Both the position numbers and the translations under genes were made by a program. Below are positions 51,427 through 60,017 of a stretch of DNA of 64,000 nt, piece by piece. Origin of the DNA: a virus; IMG/VR virus record IMGVR_UViG_3300042914_003763, positions 53,114 through 117,113 of that record; one strand, written 5' to 3'. Below the pieces are notes generated by a model. The model was not told the origin of the DNA, searched no databases, and saw only the letters and a program-made list of their open reading frames with translations. Numbering within the stretch: position 1 is the first letter of the stretch; each line of letters starts with the position of its first letter.

Positions 51427-51547
51427 TTTTTTCATCATCCTCTTCTAAATCTTCAAGTACATCTTCATCTAAATCTGAAAAATAAAAATAATCTAAATAA
51501 GTTTCAGTTTCTTTATCTAACTCATCAGTTCTATCATTTTGAGTCAT
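51404..51547 (-). CDS. Very acidic 47-aa peptide, absent from the ORF track
   Basis: MTQNDRTDELDKETETYLDYFYFSDLDEDVLEDLEEDDEKNDNSSGK*. Confidence 0.5.
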   Translation of the reverse strand: MTQNDRTDELDKETETYLDYFYFSDLDEDVLEDLEEDDEKNDNSSGK

Positions 51548-51802
51548 ATTAATTAATCCCTACATTTACCGTATATTAAACAATCCCCTGTTTGTTCATC
51601 TCTAGCATTAGTAGCTAGAGTTAATGAGTTAGTAGTTAACAGGATTAACAGCGTTATTGCAATTAACTTAATCATAATACTGTTACCGTACCGTAATTAG
51701 CTATTTATATTGTAACTTAAGTGCATACCATAGTTAGTTACAACGTTAAGTTAATTAAACATAAAAAAGCTAGTAACACTTTTGTATCACTAGCTAATCT
51801 TG

Positions 51803-51827
51803 TTATCGCATTACGGTAATGCGATAA
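51803..51827. repeat. Perfect 12-bp inverted repeat
   Basis: TTATCGCATTAC-G-GTAATGCGATAA. Confidence 0.85.
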
Positions 51828-51851
51828 AATAAATAATAATAAATAGGTATA

Positions 51852-51886
51852 AGAAAAGCCACTAACGGAATACCTTGTTAGTGGCT
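51852..51886 (-). terminator. Intrinsic terminator
   Basis: AGCCACTAAC/GTTAGTGGCT stem plus U-tract. Confidence 0.75.
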
Positions 51887-51905
51887 GAAATATATTCAAA
51901 CGTTC

Positions 51906-51932
51906 AGACAGTTTAACGACGTATCCAGGTCG
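51906..51932 (-). ncRNA. H-type pseudoknot motif, copy 1
   Basis: CGAC-CUGGAUAC-GUCG-UUAAAC-UGUCU. Confidence 0.6.
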
Positions 51933-51940
51933 GAATTTTA

Positions 51941-52246
51941 TTATTTTACATCATCCCAAGACACTGATCCTGGTTCTTTCATTGCTTCTTCTGCTGCTTG
52001 AATATCAAGCTGATCTTCAAGAGTTGAATTAAGGTGGTAACTATTACCCCCTTTACACTTAATTACTTGATTTTTTTCACGATCAATTGTATATGATGAC
52101 ACATCAACTTCCATCACAGTAGCTTTAATTAAGTTACCATTTATTTCTAATGGTAGTAAATCGGCGGCTGTTTGATTAGCTTCCTGCATGGATTCGTAGA
52201 TACCAGCAATATTGATACCATGACCTACAACAAATAAACTAGACAT
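51941..52246 (-). CDS. Hypothetical protein with antitoxin-like C-terminus
   Basis: LEDQLDIQAAEEAMKEPGSVSWDDVK. Confidence 0.5.
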   Translation of the reverse strand: MSSLFVVGHGINIAGIYESMQEANQTAADLLPLEINGNLIKATVMEVDVSSYTIDREKNQVIKCKGGNSYHLNSTLEDQLDIQAAEEAMKEPGSVSWDDVK

Positions 52247-52327
52247 ACTTATATCTCTCCTCTAGAATGATAATGTTAACACACTTGTTTTATTTATTGA
52301 CCACTACAAGTAAACGGTCATGAAAAA

Positions 52328-52729
52328 CTATAATCCAAGTTCTTTTAAGTCTTCAGGATCATCATCAAAATGATACTCTCTTTCGAGTATCATAGCTACT
52401 AACTTGTTGTCTCTACTCAGCTTCATTTGAAGAAGCGGTAGAATAAATTGTTCTGCTTCATCGGGTGAGAATTCACCTGATCTTTTGAACCTGTCATCGG
52501 GTGTAAAAGATTGCAAACCAAATATAGCTTGCCCTAACTCTCCATCACCTTGAAGAGCTATACTGTAAGAAATCAGGTGTTCACGAATTGTAGGCGATCC
52601 ACCAAATCCACCTGTCACCAAGTAGGTGAAAGTAGCGGTAAACTCTCTTTGCTTTATTAAATTTGATGGAAAGTGTACAGCAGATCGGCGCAATCCTTCT
52701 TTCCACACTGAACTAAAATCTAATTCCAT
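52328..52729 (-). CDS. Hypothetical protein
   Basis: 133 aa ORF. Confidence 0.55.
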   Translation of the reverse strand: MELDFSSVWKEGLRRSAVHFPSNLIKQREFTATFTYLVTGGFGGSPTIREHLISYSIALQGDGELGQAIFGLQSFTPDDRFKRSGEFSPDEAEQFILPLLQMKLSRDNKLVAMILEREYHFDDDPEDLKELGL

Positions 52730-52759
52730 TTCTTTTTCTACCTTTTGTAAATGTATATA

Positions 52760-53225
52760 TTTCTAGAAGTTGATAAAGGTACTTCTAGCATAAACCGTTA
52801 TTGAAGGCAATAACCTGTAACTTATCTTTGCTTCCTTATAGTTACAGTTTTGTTACTTGTCTTGGTGTAACAATAACCTAGACTTGTTGCTAACTACGTT
52901 AGTAGCGTACTGTGAGAAATACAACCTCTACAGTAATAAGTTTAGTTAGGATATTTCTAATCACATTTGTCGTGATTCTTATTGCAATAAGAAGAAATAT
53001 CAATTAGCATTTGTCGCTACTTAACTAATTAACTTACCGTAAGTCATTCCTACATACATTAGTGTCATCTAATTAGTTACTGTAGTTATAACTAATAGAT
53101 CAAGTGACTAGAACACAACTAATCTAGTATCATAAGTTGAAGAAGATAACACCTCTAATGTAATAACGTAATTAACTTAGTTTTACATCTAGCATTACTG
53201 TAACTAGATAACCTTATCACAGGTA
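52760..53225. other. ORF-free array of tandem and nested hairpins (candidate ncRNA or origin)
   Basis: Many adjacent inverted repeats, e.g. CTAGAAGT/ACTTCTAG, GTTATTG/CAATAAC, CTGTAACT/AGTTACAG, GATATTTCT/AGAAATATC. Confidence 0.5.
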
Positions 53226-53230
53226 GAAAA

Positions 53231-54583
53231 TCAGATATCTTGACGGTAAATGCCACCAGTGGCAGCACTTATCATCTTGAGATGATCGTTACTGCTATTT
53301 AGGATGAATGAGTGCAACTTAGCACCCTTTAGATCCCCAGGTTTAACACTAGTTGCATCGTCTTCACCATCGTTTACAACAATGATGTGACGATCTCTTT
53401 TGGAAATAGCACCTTTATTTTCAAGTGCTATCTTATCAAACTCCTCTAACGCTTCTTGAATAGCGTTAGCTACATCAGTTCCACTCTTGTCGAAAGAGTG
53501 TTTTATGATCTTTTTTCTATAAAATTTATCTATATTACCATCATCAGGCAATAGATAGAATTTATGACAAGAACTCTCAAAGAAAGAGAAATTTAACCAA
53601 CATTCACCACGTTTAACACGCTTGAGAATGTTGTGTATTATACCTATAGCTTTCTTTGACTTGCTATTAGTCTGCATACTACCTGAATCATCAACAATAA
53701 GCGTAACAAACGGCATTTTAAACTCTCGTTTGTATTTTTCATCAACTCTTGCTTCATTGTTGATGACACGATATGCCATCATTGGTAATGGGTTTACAAG
53801 TTCTAATGGGTTTATGCGATGAAACTCATCAAAACCCTTAATACTACGCGCTATTTTAACATCACCTTGATCATCCTTGATTAATTTAGATGAAGGCTTA
53901 GTTTTTATGGCTGATATCTTGTCCATTTCGTTACTAGCACGAAGAATATCGCGCATAACATCGGACTTAACAAGACTTTCAATGTTATAATTATCATCAT
54001 CTTTTAGATCAAGAAGTTCTTTATCTTCTTGATCTAATTTTTCAACAAGTTCAATCGCTTCGTTGATTTTTTTAGCTTCTTCTCTAACCTTCCCTTCAAA
54101 GGTAGAAAAAATGGGAATGGTTGGTGAACCACTACTATCATTACTACCAGATGATGAATTAGCTTCTTCACCGAGATATTTAATTGTATTAATTGCTTTT
54201 TCAAGTGGGGTAGTACCTGGAATACCATCCAGGTTTAATGATTGAAGAAAGGTTTGGATATTTTGATGATAGCCAACATCTTTTTCTACCCATGCTTGTT
54301 TAGCGATTGAGTAATTTTTTGTATAATTAGAATCGAAATCGTTTGGGTTATCGGGTAATGTGTAGTCACCATCATAATCCGGTTCTAACACTTTATTAAA
54401 GTTGTTAGAACAGTGATCAAAAATATTACTAGCGGATACAAATGATCCACCACTAGCGATATTACACAAATCTTCTACTAAGTCAGGAGCATATGCCTCT
54501 ACTCCTAATTCTTTAGCTAATTTTCTTACTTCATCAGCAGATGGATGAAGGTAACTAGGTGAAGGGATAGTTCTAATCGTCAT
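53231..54583 (-). CDS. VWA-domain protein (ViaA/CoxE-like)
   Basis: MIDAS DDSGSM, SGTD, VVNDGED. Confidence 0.85.
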   Translation of the reverse strand: MTIRTIPSPSYLHPSADEVRKLAKELGVEAYAPDLVEDLCNIASGGSFVSASNIFDHCSNNFNKVLEPDYDGDYTLPDNPNDFDSNYTKNYSIAKQAWVEKDVGYHQNIQTFLQSLNLDGIPGTTPLEKAINTIKYLGEEANSSSGSNDSSGSPTIPIFSTFEGKVREEAKKINEAIELVEKLDQEDKELLDLKDDDNYNIESLVKSDVMRDILRASNEMDKISAIKTKPSSKLIKDDQGDVKIARSIKGFDEFHRINPLELVNPLPMMAYRVINNEARVDEKYKREFKMPFVTLIVDDSGSMQTNSKSKKAIGIIHNILKRVKRGECWLNFSFFESSCHKFYLLPDDGNIDKFYRKKIIKHSFDKSGTDVANAIQEALEEFDKIALENKGAISKRDRHIIVVNDGEDDATSVKPGDLKGAKLHSFILNSSNDHLKMISAATGGIYRQDI

Positions 54584-54673
54584 ATTTGACTATTTTTTTT
54601 TGGTTATTAATGAGATAGAAAAATAATAGTAGTTAAGTTAGTATGTTGCGATTAACTTAACTACTAATTAATA

Positions 54674-55855
54674 TTAGAGCGATTCAGATCCACACATGAT
54701 TGAATTATCACGTTCATTAGCAGCCTTAACTACGAGATCCGCGCATTTCTTCTTAACGTTGTTAATACGTGATGTTAACGAGTCTGGATATTTACCGCTA
54801 TTACTAATCTCTGTCTCTAATGATTTAGCAAGTTTCCATATTATAGCGGCGTTAACTAATTTTCCCTTCTCAGGGTTATTAAGTTTATGGAAACCTCTAT
54901 CAATTCTTCTTTCAAATTCGTTTATTTTTTCTACCTGAATATCGTATTGTTTCTTGCGTTCCATCTCTTCTTCTAGACCTGCTAGTAGAGATGTATCCCA
55001 ATACGATAAGTAGTTCAAAATTCGTAAATCTTCCATATCAGCAGTATTAGCATCACGAAGATAAGCTGCTGATTTGATAAGTTTTTGTGTCCATTTATAT
55101 GCTCTAGGAGATATAATACTCCCGTTTTCTCCTGATTTTTGTGCTAGATGTTGGAGTAGACCTTTAATGGAACTACTTAGGATAATACTTGACACATCTT
55201 CACGCATCATATCAATTTCCGTTATATCAATAGCAGATACGTCATGTTTAACTAGTTCATCATCATCGAGAAGAGCATAATCTGCTGCATCATGACTATC
55301 CCAGCCATGATTAACAACCAGAAATCGTTGTAAAAAGGCATCGTATGAATTTTGTTGAATCTCAGGTAGAGATTCTTTTAGTTCAATTGGGTTAAGATTT
55401 GTAGCAGCAACTAATACTTTGTTAATTGACTTTATTTCTTCACCACTAATATTTAACATACGATTAGTGATGACAGCTTTCAATACAGATAACGCGTTAA
55501 AACTCGCATCTAACGCTTCTTCAAAGAAAAACTTGTGTCGTTGTAATACAGAAGCAGCAATATTATAATGTGCTTCTGTTAGGTCGTATTTTTCACCCTT
55601 CAAAGTACGACCAATTGCGCCACCTTTTATGTGACTAGCTGATGTTTCAGGGTCACATTCAAGCATACCCTGAGATCCTTTTATTGCTTTAAACGAACTA
55701 AGAATCATTTCAGTCTTACCATAACCACCTCTACCGTAGTAGAGGATTGGAATACCGGAAAGAATAGATAAAGATAAGGAATCAGAAAAACTATCGAATT
55801 TAACAAAACCAGAGTTAGCAAGTTGAGCGTTGATAGAAGATTTGATTGTAGACAT
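54674..55855 (-). CDS. MoxR/RavA-family AAA+ ATPase
   Basis: GRGGYGKT, FFEE, AATN, AFLQRF, ISPRA; start re-set to MSTIK. Confidence 0.82.
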   Translation of the reverse strand: MSTIKSSINAQLANSGFVKFDSFSDSLSLSILSGIPILYYGRGGYGKTEMILSSFKAIKGSQGMLECDPETSASHIKGGAIGRTLKGEKYDLTEAHYNIAASVLQRHKFFFEEALDASFNALSVLKAVITNRMLNISGEEIKSINKVLVAATNLNPIELKESLPEIQQNSYDAFLQRFLVVNHGWDSHDAADYALLDDDELVKHDVSAIDITEIDMMREDVSSIILSSSIKGLLQHLAQKSGENGSIISPRAYKWTQKLIKSAAYLRDANTADMEDLRILNYLSYWDTSLLAGLEEEMERKKQYDIQVEKINEFERRIDRGFHKLNNPEKGKLVNAAIIWKLAKSLETEISNSGKYPDSLTSRINNVKKKCADLVVKAANERDNSIMCGSESL

Positions 55856-55886
55856 GACTCGTACTCCAATATGATATGTGGTTAAC

Positions 55887-55915
55887 AAGTTAGTTTAATG
55901 ACATAACTTAGGTCA
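55887..55915 (-). ncRNA. H-type pseudoknot motif, copy 2
   Basis: UGAC-CUAAGUUAU-GUCA-UUAAAC-UAACUU. Confidence 0.6.
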
Positions 55916-55922
55916 ATATAAT

Positions 55923-57845
55923 TTACAGTTTGCTTATTGATGTAAGAACTGTGAACTCTCTACCACCGTTACGTGGTTTAATAGTACGTGGTATTCCTAC
56001 CACTTCATCATCTATGTTAAGCGAACTAACAACTGAATTACGTTCAGCTGTTACGATAACTCCTGTTTCTATACACCTAAAGTTATTACCATGACGACTA
56101 CCGCCTATGTAACGATACTTACGCATGGTAGTTGCTAAACAAACTTTATAGTTTTCAGGATTACTATCCTTACTAACTATATTGTTAGTTGAAATTAGTT
56201 GGGTTAACTTAGTAACGTTATCCTTAATTTGAAATAACTTCTTACTAATTAACTCATGTTGATAATCACGTCTATCTTGACTGTTATTAATGAATCTCTT
56301 ATATAAGTTCATTAACGTTGCAATATCGCAGTCCTTAACTGGGTTAGTTGCAACACTAATATCACCTTTAAAGAAATTACCTACTCCTAATAATGAAGTT
56401 GCTAGGATAGTTGTACTAACACAACCTAACTCAAGAGACTTAACTAGCATCACAGCTAAGTTAGTATCAAGAGGTAATTTACTAACTTCGATACCAAAGT
56501 TAGTTATAGCACCTAACTCATCAATACAACCCCATTTAGTTAATAACTCAATTGCATTATTAACTGCATCTTCTGTAGGTTGATGCACGAAAGATAAGTC
56601 TCTAAGTGATTTATTTATTTTTCTAACTGACAACTCTAAAGACTCAACATTAATTCTTTTTATTTCAGGGATAGGGAACTTGATACGAGAACTATAGCTA
56701 GTATCACTAACCAGATAATACGTACCATCACAAGTACGTCCAGTTCTTCCCTTACGCTGATCAAGTTCGGCTTGACTACATAATGTAGGTGATATTTTCC
56801 ATATACCATCTACAGATGATACTTCTTTCTTGATACCGTAATCAACCACAACTTGCAGGTTTTCTGGTGTTACACCTGCGGCACATATGTCTGTGCTTAA
56901 AATTATTTCGCTAACACCATGATCCTTGATGGTGTCATGGATATTATCAACCTCACTATGACAGTGAGTGATACGAACATTTATTTTTTCTACCTCGAAG
57001 TAGGACTTCAATTCATGATCTAATTCAATAATTTCTCCCTTACCAGCTAGGAATATCAGAATACGATCACCATTACTAACGTGCTTTTTCAGAGATAGAA
57101 ATAACTCTTTATTATTACCAAGATGATGTTCAACTATGGGACATTTCACACCACCCATGTGGATGTTACCAATTGAATAGCCATCAAAATAGCTATTAAT
57201 TTCATCGTCATTGAGAGTTGCACTAACAATCAATACGCGGGTTTTCCAACCATTAGCTAAACGTTGTTTAATTAAAGCAAGACATAATTCTTGCTGTTGA
57301 CTAAACTCATGACATTCATCTATTGCCACAAAGTCCGGTTCAAATGTCGGATCTAATAACTGATTTACTAATACACCTGTAGTAACAAACATTCCAGGAG
57401 CATTAGTATTGAACGACGCATTACCGTTGCGATAACCAACTTTACACTGCTTACTACAATACTCGTGAAGAGAATAAGTATTTATAATTCTTGGTTGTGC
57501 GGATATTATATTATAACCAGCGTTAACTAATTGGATCATTGAATTAGTTGACTTACCTGATCCAGTATCACCACGCAGAATAGTTATCTGGTTTTGCATG
57601 ACTTTAGATACAAAATCAGATAATGGGTTGCTAACGCTTAACAATTTTTCTATCGCTATTTGTTGTTGTTGTAATTTAACCGTTAATCTTTTTTCGAGAT
57701 CGATCAACTTAACAATATATTTCTTTTTACCTAGACCGATCAACTTGAATAAACTGCTAATTTCACCTTTGATACGACGAATGCTAACTACTAATTCATT
57801 ATTAGAAGAATTAACGGAAACTTGATTTAAAGATAATGCTTGCAT
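55923..57845 (-). CDS. DEAH/RHA (HrpA/HrpB-like) RNA helicase
   Basis: GDTGSGKST, QPR, DECHE, SAT, FLAG, QRKGRTGR, HA2-like region. Confidence 0.9.
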   Translation of the reverse strand: MQALSLNQVSVNSSNNELVVSIRRIKGEISSLFKLIGLGKKKYIVKLIDLEKRLTVKLQQQQIAIEKLLSVSNPLSDFVSKVMQNQITILRGDTGSGKSTNSMIQLVNAGYNIISAQPRIINTYSLHEYCSKQCKVGYRNGNASFNTNAPGMFVTTGVLVNQLLDPTFEPDFVAIDECHEFSQQQELCLALIKQRLANGWKTRVLIVSATLNDDEINSYFDGYSIGNIHMGGVKCPIVEHHLGNNKELFLSLKKHVSNGDRILIFLAGKGEIIELDHELKSYFEVEKINVRITHCHSEVDNIHDTIKDHGVSEIILSTDICAAGVTPENLQVVVDYGIKKEVSSVDGIWKISPTLCSQAELDQRKGRTGRTCDGTYYLVSDTSYSSRIKFPIPEIKRINVESLELSVRKINKSLRDLSFVHQPTEDAVNNAIELLTKWGCIDELGAITNFGIEVSKLPLDTNLAVMLVKSLELGCVSTTILATSLLGVGNFFKGDISVATNPVKDCDIATLMNLYKRFINNSQDRRDYQHELISKKLFQIKDNVTKLTQLISTNNIVSKDSNPENYKVCLATTMRKYRYIGGSRHGNNFRCIETGVIVTAERNSVVSSLNIDDEVVGIPRTIKPRNGGREFTVLTSISKL

Positions 57846-58029
57846 GACTCGAAACTCCTACTTGGTTATGTTAATGTCGGTTAGAAAATGAACACTTGTT
57901 ATATCAATAAAAAACCTATTGTTGCTACTAACAATAACAACAATAGGTGATATAACCAAGTCTGGTTAATTGTTAGTTAACCAGCAGCATCTATCAAATA
58001 CATAACACTTGATAGATGCAACTGAATAA

Positions 58030-58224
58030 CTAATTTCTGAAGTATCTTTTCAGATACTTTTCAATCTTTAAATAACTGACATTAGGATCAGCTTTTAAAG
58101 ATTGATAATGTTCTACTGGTACATGGCATACTAAAACCACATTACCAATAGAACCTAATATAGTTAATGATGGGTAAGAGTTAGGATCGAAATTATCACT
58201 AACTCTCATGATTATGTGTGGCAT
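58030..58224 (-). CDS. Small protein (weak subtilisin-propeptide/I9-like pattern)
   Basis: SLKADPNVSYL. Confidence 0.4.
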   Translation of the reverse strand: MPHIIMRVSDNFDPNSYPSLTILGSIGNVVLVCHVPVEHYQSLKADPNVSYLKIEKYLKRYFRN

Positions 58225-58735
58225 TATTGCTATCTAAGCTATGATCTGGAAGTGGTTTCTTATTCCACTTTGTATTTACACTTTCACCACTGTTACGATC
58301 TATTAGAACCACTTCTACATTATCGTTATCAGTTGTATCAATTTCGATTTGTAGTTTGTTTATGGTGTTGTTGTAGATAGCTATTTTTTGATTACTACTC
58401 TTTTCATCACCAAACCAATACAGTTCAGGATTTAAAACATATCCTCTAGCTCGTTTACAACCATAAGGATATTTAAGAATATAATTTTTATCTACTAATT
58501 TTTTAATAGCAGCTTTAATATTACTTTCATTGAGATTAAAATATTTAGCTAACTTTTTAATAACAGAAGTTGACACATAACCCTCATTGAATTTAACTTC
58601 TAACTGAATATAGTTAAATACTTTTACCCATAAAGGATAATCAGGATCGTCATGTATTCTTAATAATGCACGTTTTCTTGTCTTGAGAAAGACATTAAGA
58701 TCGTCACTTTCTCTCATATTGGAATTATTTGTCAT
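58199..58735 (-). CDS. Winged-HTH protein, RepL-like
   Basis: LAKYFNLNESNIKAAIKKLVDKNYI, YVLNPELYWFG; start re-set to MTNN. Confidence 0.6.
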   Translation of the reverse strand: MTNNSNMRESDDLNVFLKTRKRALLRIHDDPDYPLWVKVFNYIQLEVKFNEGYVSTSVIKKLAKYFNLNESNIKAAIKKLVDKNYILKYPYGCKRARGYVLNPELYWFGDEKSSNQKIAIYNNTINKLQIEIDTTDNDNVEVVLIDRNSGESVNTKWNKKPLPDHSLDSNNATHNHES

Positions 58736-58768
58736 AATGGTTAAAGGTAAACGTCTATAACCATTATA

Positions 58769-58816
58769 ATAAGTACGAACCATTAGTACCACTTAGTACG
58801 AACTGTTCGTACTTAT
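58769..58816. promoter_or_regulatory. Direct and inverted AGTACGAAC repeats (operator/iteron-like)
   Basis: AGTACGAAC at 58772 and 58795; palindrome AGTACGAAC-T-GTTCGTACT at 58795-58813; beside a - strand TATAAT. Confidence 0.6.
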
Positions 58817-59017
58817 TTTACTTTAAACAAGTAGTAAATACTGTAAATCAACTACGTTACTTCTTTTATATCTTTTAACGTAGTGATCAATTAATTCTCC
58901 ATTACTTATAAATTAGTAATGATAACATTTTTTGTTTTTTTTTTCAAAGTAATAATAGTTTTAACAAAAAAAGTTACCCATACTTGCAGATACAGGTAAC
59001 TAATTCACACAAAGAAT

Positions 59018-59043
59018 AGCAGTTTAACGACGTGCTTAGGTCA
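59018..59043 (-). ncRNA. H-type pseudoknot motif, copy 3
   Basis: UGAC-CUAAGCAC-GUCG-UUAAAC-UGCU. Confidence 0.6.
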
Positions 59044-59048
59044 AGATG

Positions 59049-59312
59049 CTATTTTTGGTTGTTTTTTATTTCTAAGTAAGCAGTACGGGACATGAACCCG
59101 TACTCTGTTTTTATTTCATCGGAAAGTGGAACACGGATTAACCGTGTGTCAGGATCGGCATAGTCAGCATTAGGACGTAATTGTCCTAATGTCTGTAGAT
59201 CCCAAGAACGGGATCTACCTACAGACATAAGTTCACCATTTAAGGATATGGCGTATCCGAAATTTTGTTTTATTTCTTCTTCTCTAAATTTATGTGTCTT
59301 TGTTTTTGACAT
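59049..59312 (-). CDS. Hypothetical protein downstream of the hammerhead
   Basis: 87 aa, AGGAG RBS. Confidence 0.6.
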   Translation of the reverse strand: MSKTKTHKFREEEIKQNFGYAISLNGELMSVGRSRSWDLQTLGQLRPNADYADPDTRLIRVPLSDEIKTEYGFMSRTAYLEIKNNQK

Positions 59313-59330
59313 CTTTTTCTCCTTTAGTTT

Positions 59331-59389
59331 GTCTCATCAGTGCATAGGTAACTAGCCTATACAGACAGGGTTAATAACCCTGTTTCGAC
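59331..59389 (-). ncRNA. Type II hammerhead ribozyme
   Basis: GUC-GAAA-CAGGG(loop)CCCUG-UC/-UGUAUAGG(loop)CCUAUGCA-CUGAUGA-GAC: full catalytic core and three stems. Confidence 0.9.
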
Positions 59390-59698
59390 TTAATAACAAG
59401 AATAAGCTAATTCCTCTATTAAGACTTCATGATCTTCGCAGTATGCAATTGCATCTATGAGATATTGACGTTTTAATATTGACTCATAACTCCATTCGGT
59501 TATGTTCTTTAAATCACTTATCGTCTTACAACATTTAAATGTTGTATATATTCCCTGTTTAATCCATTCTTGATCGGTTAAGACCACTAGAATAGTAAAT
59601 TTCCGATCATATAATTTTATTAACTCACAATCGGAAACTTTATCAAATACTTCTAATAGTTGATCTGAGTTGATAACTGTTTTAAGTAGAGTAGTCAT
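59390..59698 (-). CDS. Hypothetical protein
   Basis: 102 aa; its RBS region contains GGAGATAGAAAAAAA. Confidence 0.55.
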   Translation of the reverse strand: MTTLLKTVINSDQLLEVFDKVSDCELIKLYDRKFTILVVLTDQEWIKQGIYTTFKCCKTISDLKNITEWSYESILKRQYLIDAIAYCEDHEVLIEELAYSCY

Positions 59699-60017
59699 TT
59701 TTTTTCTATCTCCAGTAATTGAATAAACATGACAATCCTATTGCAATACGGTACATGAGGTATTGCAACACTGTTAGTAATTAACTAGCAGCAAAGTGTA
59801 ACTAACTAATTACGTTATGTAAGTAAGTTAGTTACACTTAACTGGTATTTAATTTTTTGGTTATTGTAGTACGTTAGTTGTACTACTTCTTTAACGTCTT
59901 AACCTTACATTATATAAGTAACAAGACGTGATCTATTGCAACAAAAAAGCTACCTATAAGTTAATATAGGTAGCTTAGTTGTATGATCTTTTTTTTTTGA
60001 TTAAGTAACTAAGGTAG

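Noticed and set aside
11856-57825. Short + strand ORFs antisense to real genes (e.g. 11856, 12096, 15302, 23439, 30402, 40583, 53622, 56290, 57598)
   Set aside because: Shadow frames of motif-bearing - strand genes, with no RBS or recognisable features
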